Below, piece after piece: positions 31,773 to 32,000 of a DNA stretch of 32,000 bases. Made by a program: the position numbers and the translations under genes. Source of the stretch: Candidatus Methanoperedens sp. (lineage in GTDB: Archaea > Halobacteriota > Methanosarcinia > Methanosarcinales > Methanoperedenaceae); contig JAPZAR010000011.1 of the NCBI GenBank assembly GCA_027460535.1, forward strand, positions 210,001 through 242,000. Reading direction: 5' to 3'. Position 1 is the first letter of the stretch; every line of letters begins with the position of its first letter. The notes under the pieces were generated by a model. It saw only the letters and a list, made by a program, of their open reading frames with translations, searched no databases and was not told where the DNA came from.

Positions 31773-32000
31773 TTTATTACCTTTGTTTGATTTTAACTTC
31801 CCTCATGCTATTTCCCAGATGGAATTTCATTCACCTGTTCTTGAGTCAGAAGAAGTGAACACATTAATGTTAGTGTATTTAATATAGTTTCCGCATAAGA
31901 ATCTGGAATTAAAGGCTATGGTGGAGTTTTTTTAATAGTCTATATATTTTTTGATATTTCCATAAAATTAATATACTTTAAAAACCTTTTGACTAATGGT

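Noticed and set aside
1-32000. Search by eye for tRNA, rRNA and other structured RNA genes in intergenic gaps (2157-2345, 8880-9044, 22993-23270, 23787-24010, 25379-25488, 27187-27594, 31773-32000)
   Set aside because: The gaps are AT-rich and promoter-like, with no cloverleaf-compatible GC-rich segments. tRNAscan-SE or Infernal would be needed to exclude small RNAs formally.

Overview
Gene-dense archaeal chromosomal segment. The marker set (PolD small subunit, McrD, HdrABC/MvhD, F420-type enzymes, archaeal Pth2, Rio2, DUF460, LVIVD-repeat surface protein) points by inference to a methane-metabolising euryarchaeon, Methanosarcinales/ANME-like. All calls rest on motif recognition in the supplied translations and on reading the DNA by eye; no homology search was run. 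Layout: (1) 1-2156, 3' part of PolD DP1 followed by an RNase H-like exonuclease. (2) 2346-7033, a five-gene translationally coupled C1/pterin-type operon (DHPS-like, MetV, MetF, divergent ThiC-like, CofE-like). (3) 7038-8879, trypsin-like protease and LVIVD beta-propeller surface protein. (4) 8964-11358, an AT-rich three-gene cassette (Panacea/DUF4065 antitoxin-like, SAMHD1-type HD phosphohydrolase, YgiT zinc ribbon) bracketed by 41-bp direct repeats. This is my best candidate for an undescribed toxin-antitoxin or defence module. (5) 11541-22992, a roughly 11.4-kb, ten-gene, overlap-coupled minus-strand operon: HdrD-like, HdrC, HdrB, tandem-fused HdrA, MvhD, HdrA, MvhD, FrhB/FdhB-like, short FdhA/FwdB-like, small K/A/E-rich protein. 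(6) An orphan McrD, a five-repeat surface protein, DUF169, DUF72, Pth2, DUF460, Rio2 and a Sulfolobus-type SSB with a G/R-rich tail. Two genes (the HdrD-like gene and the surface protein) have N-termini split by apparent single-base frameshifts in homopolymer runs. I found no rRNA, tRNA or CRISPR array by eye.
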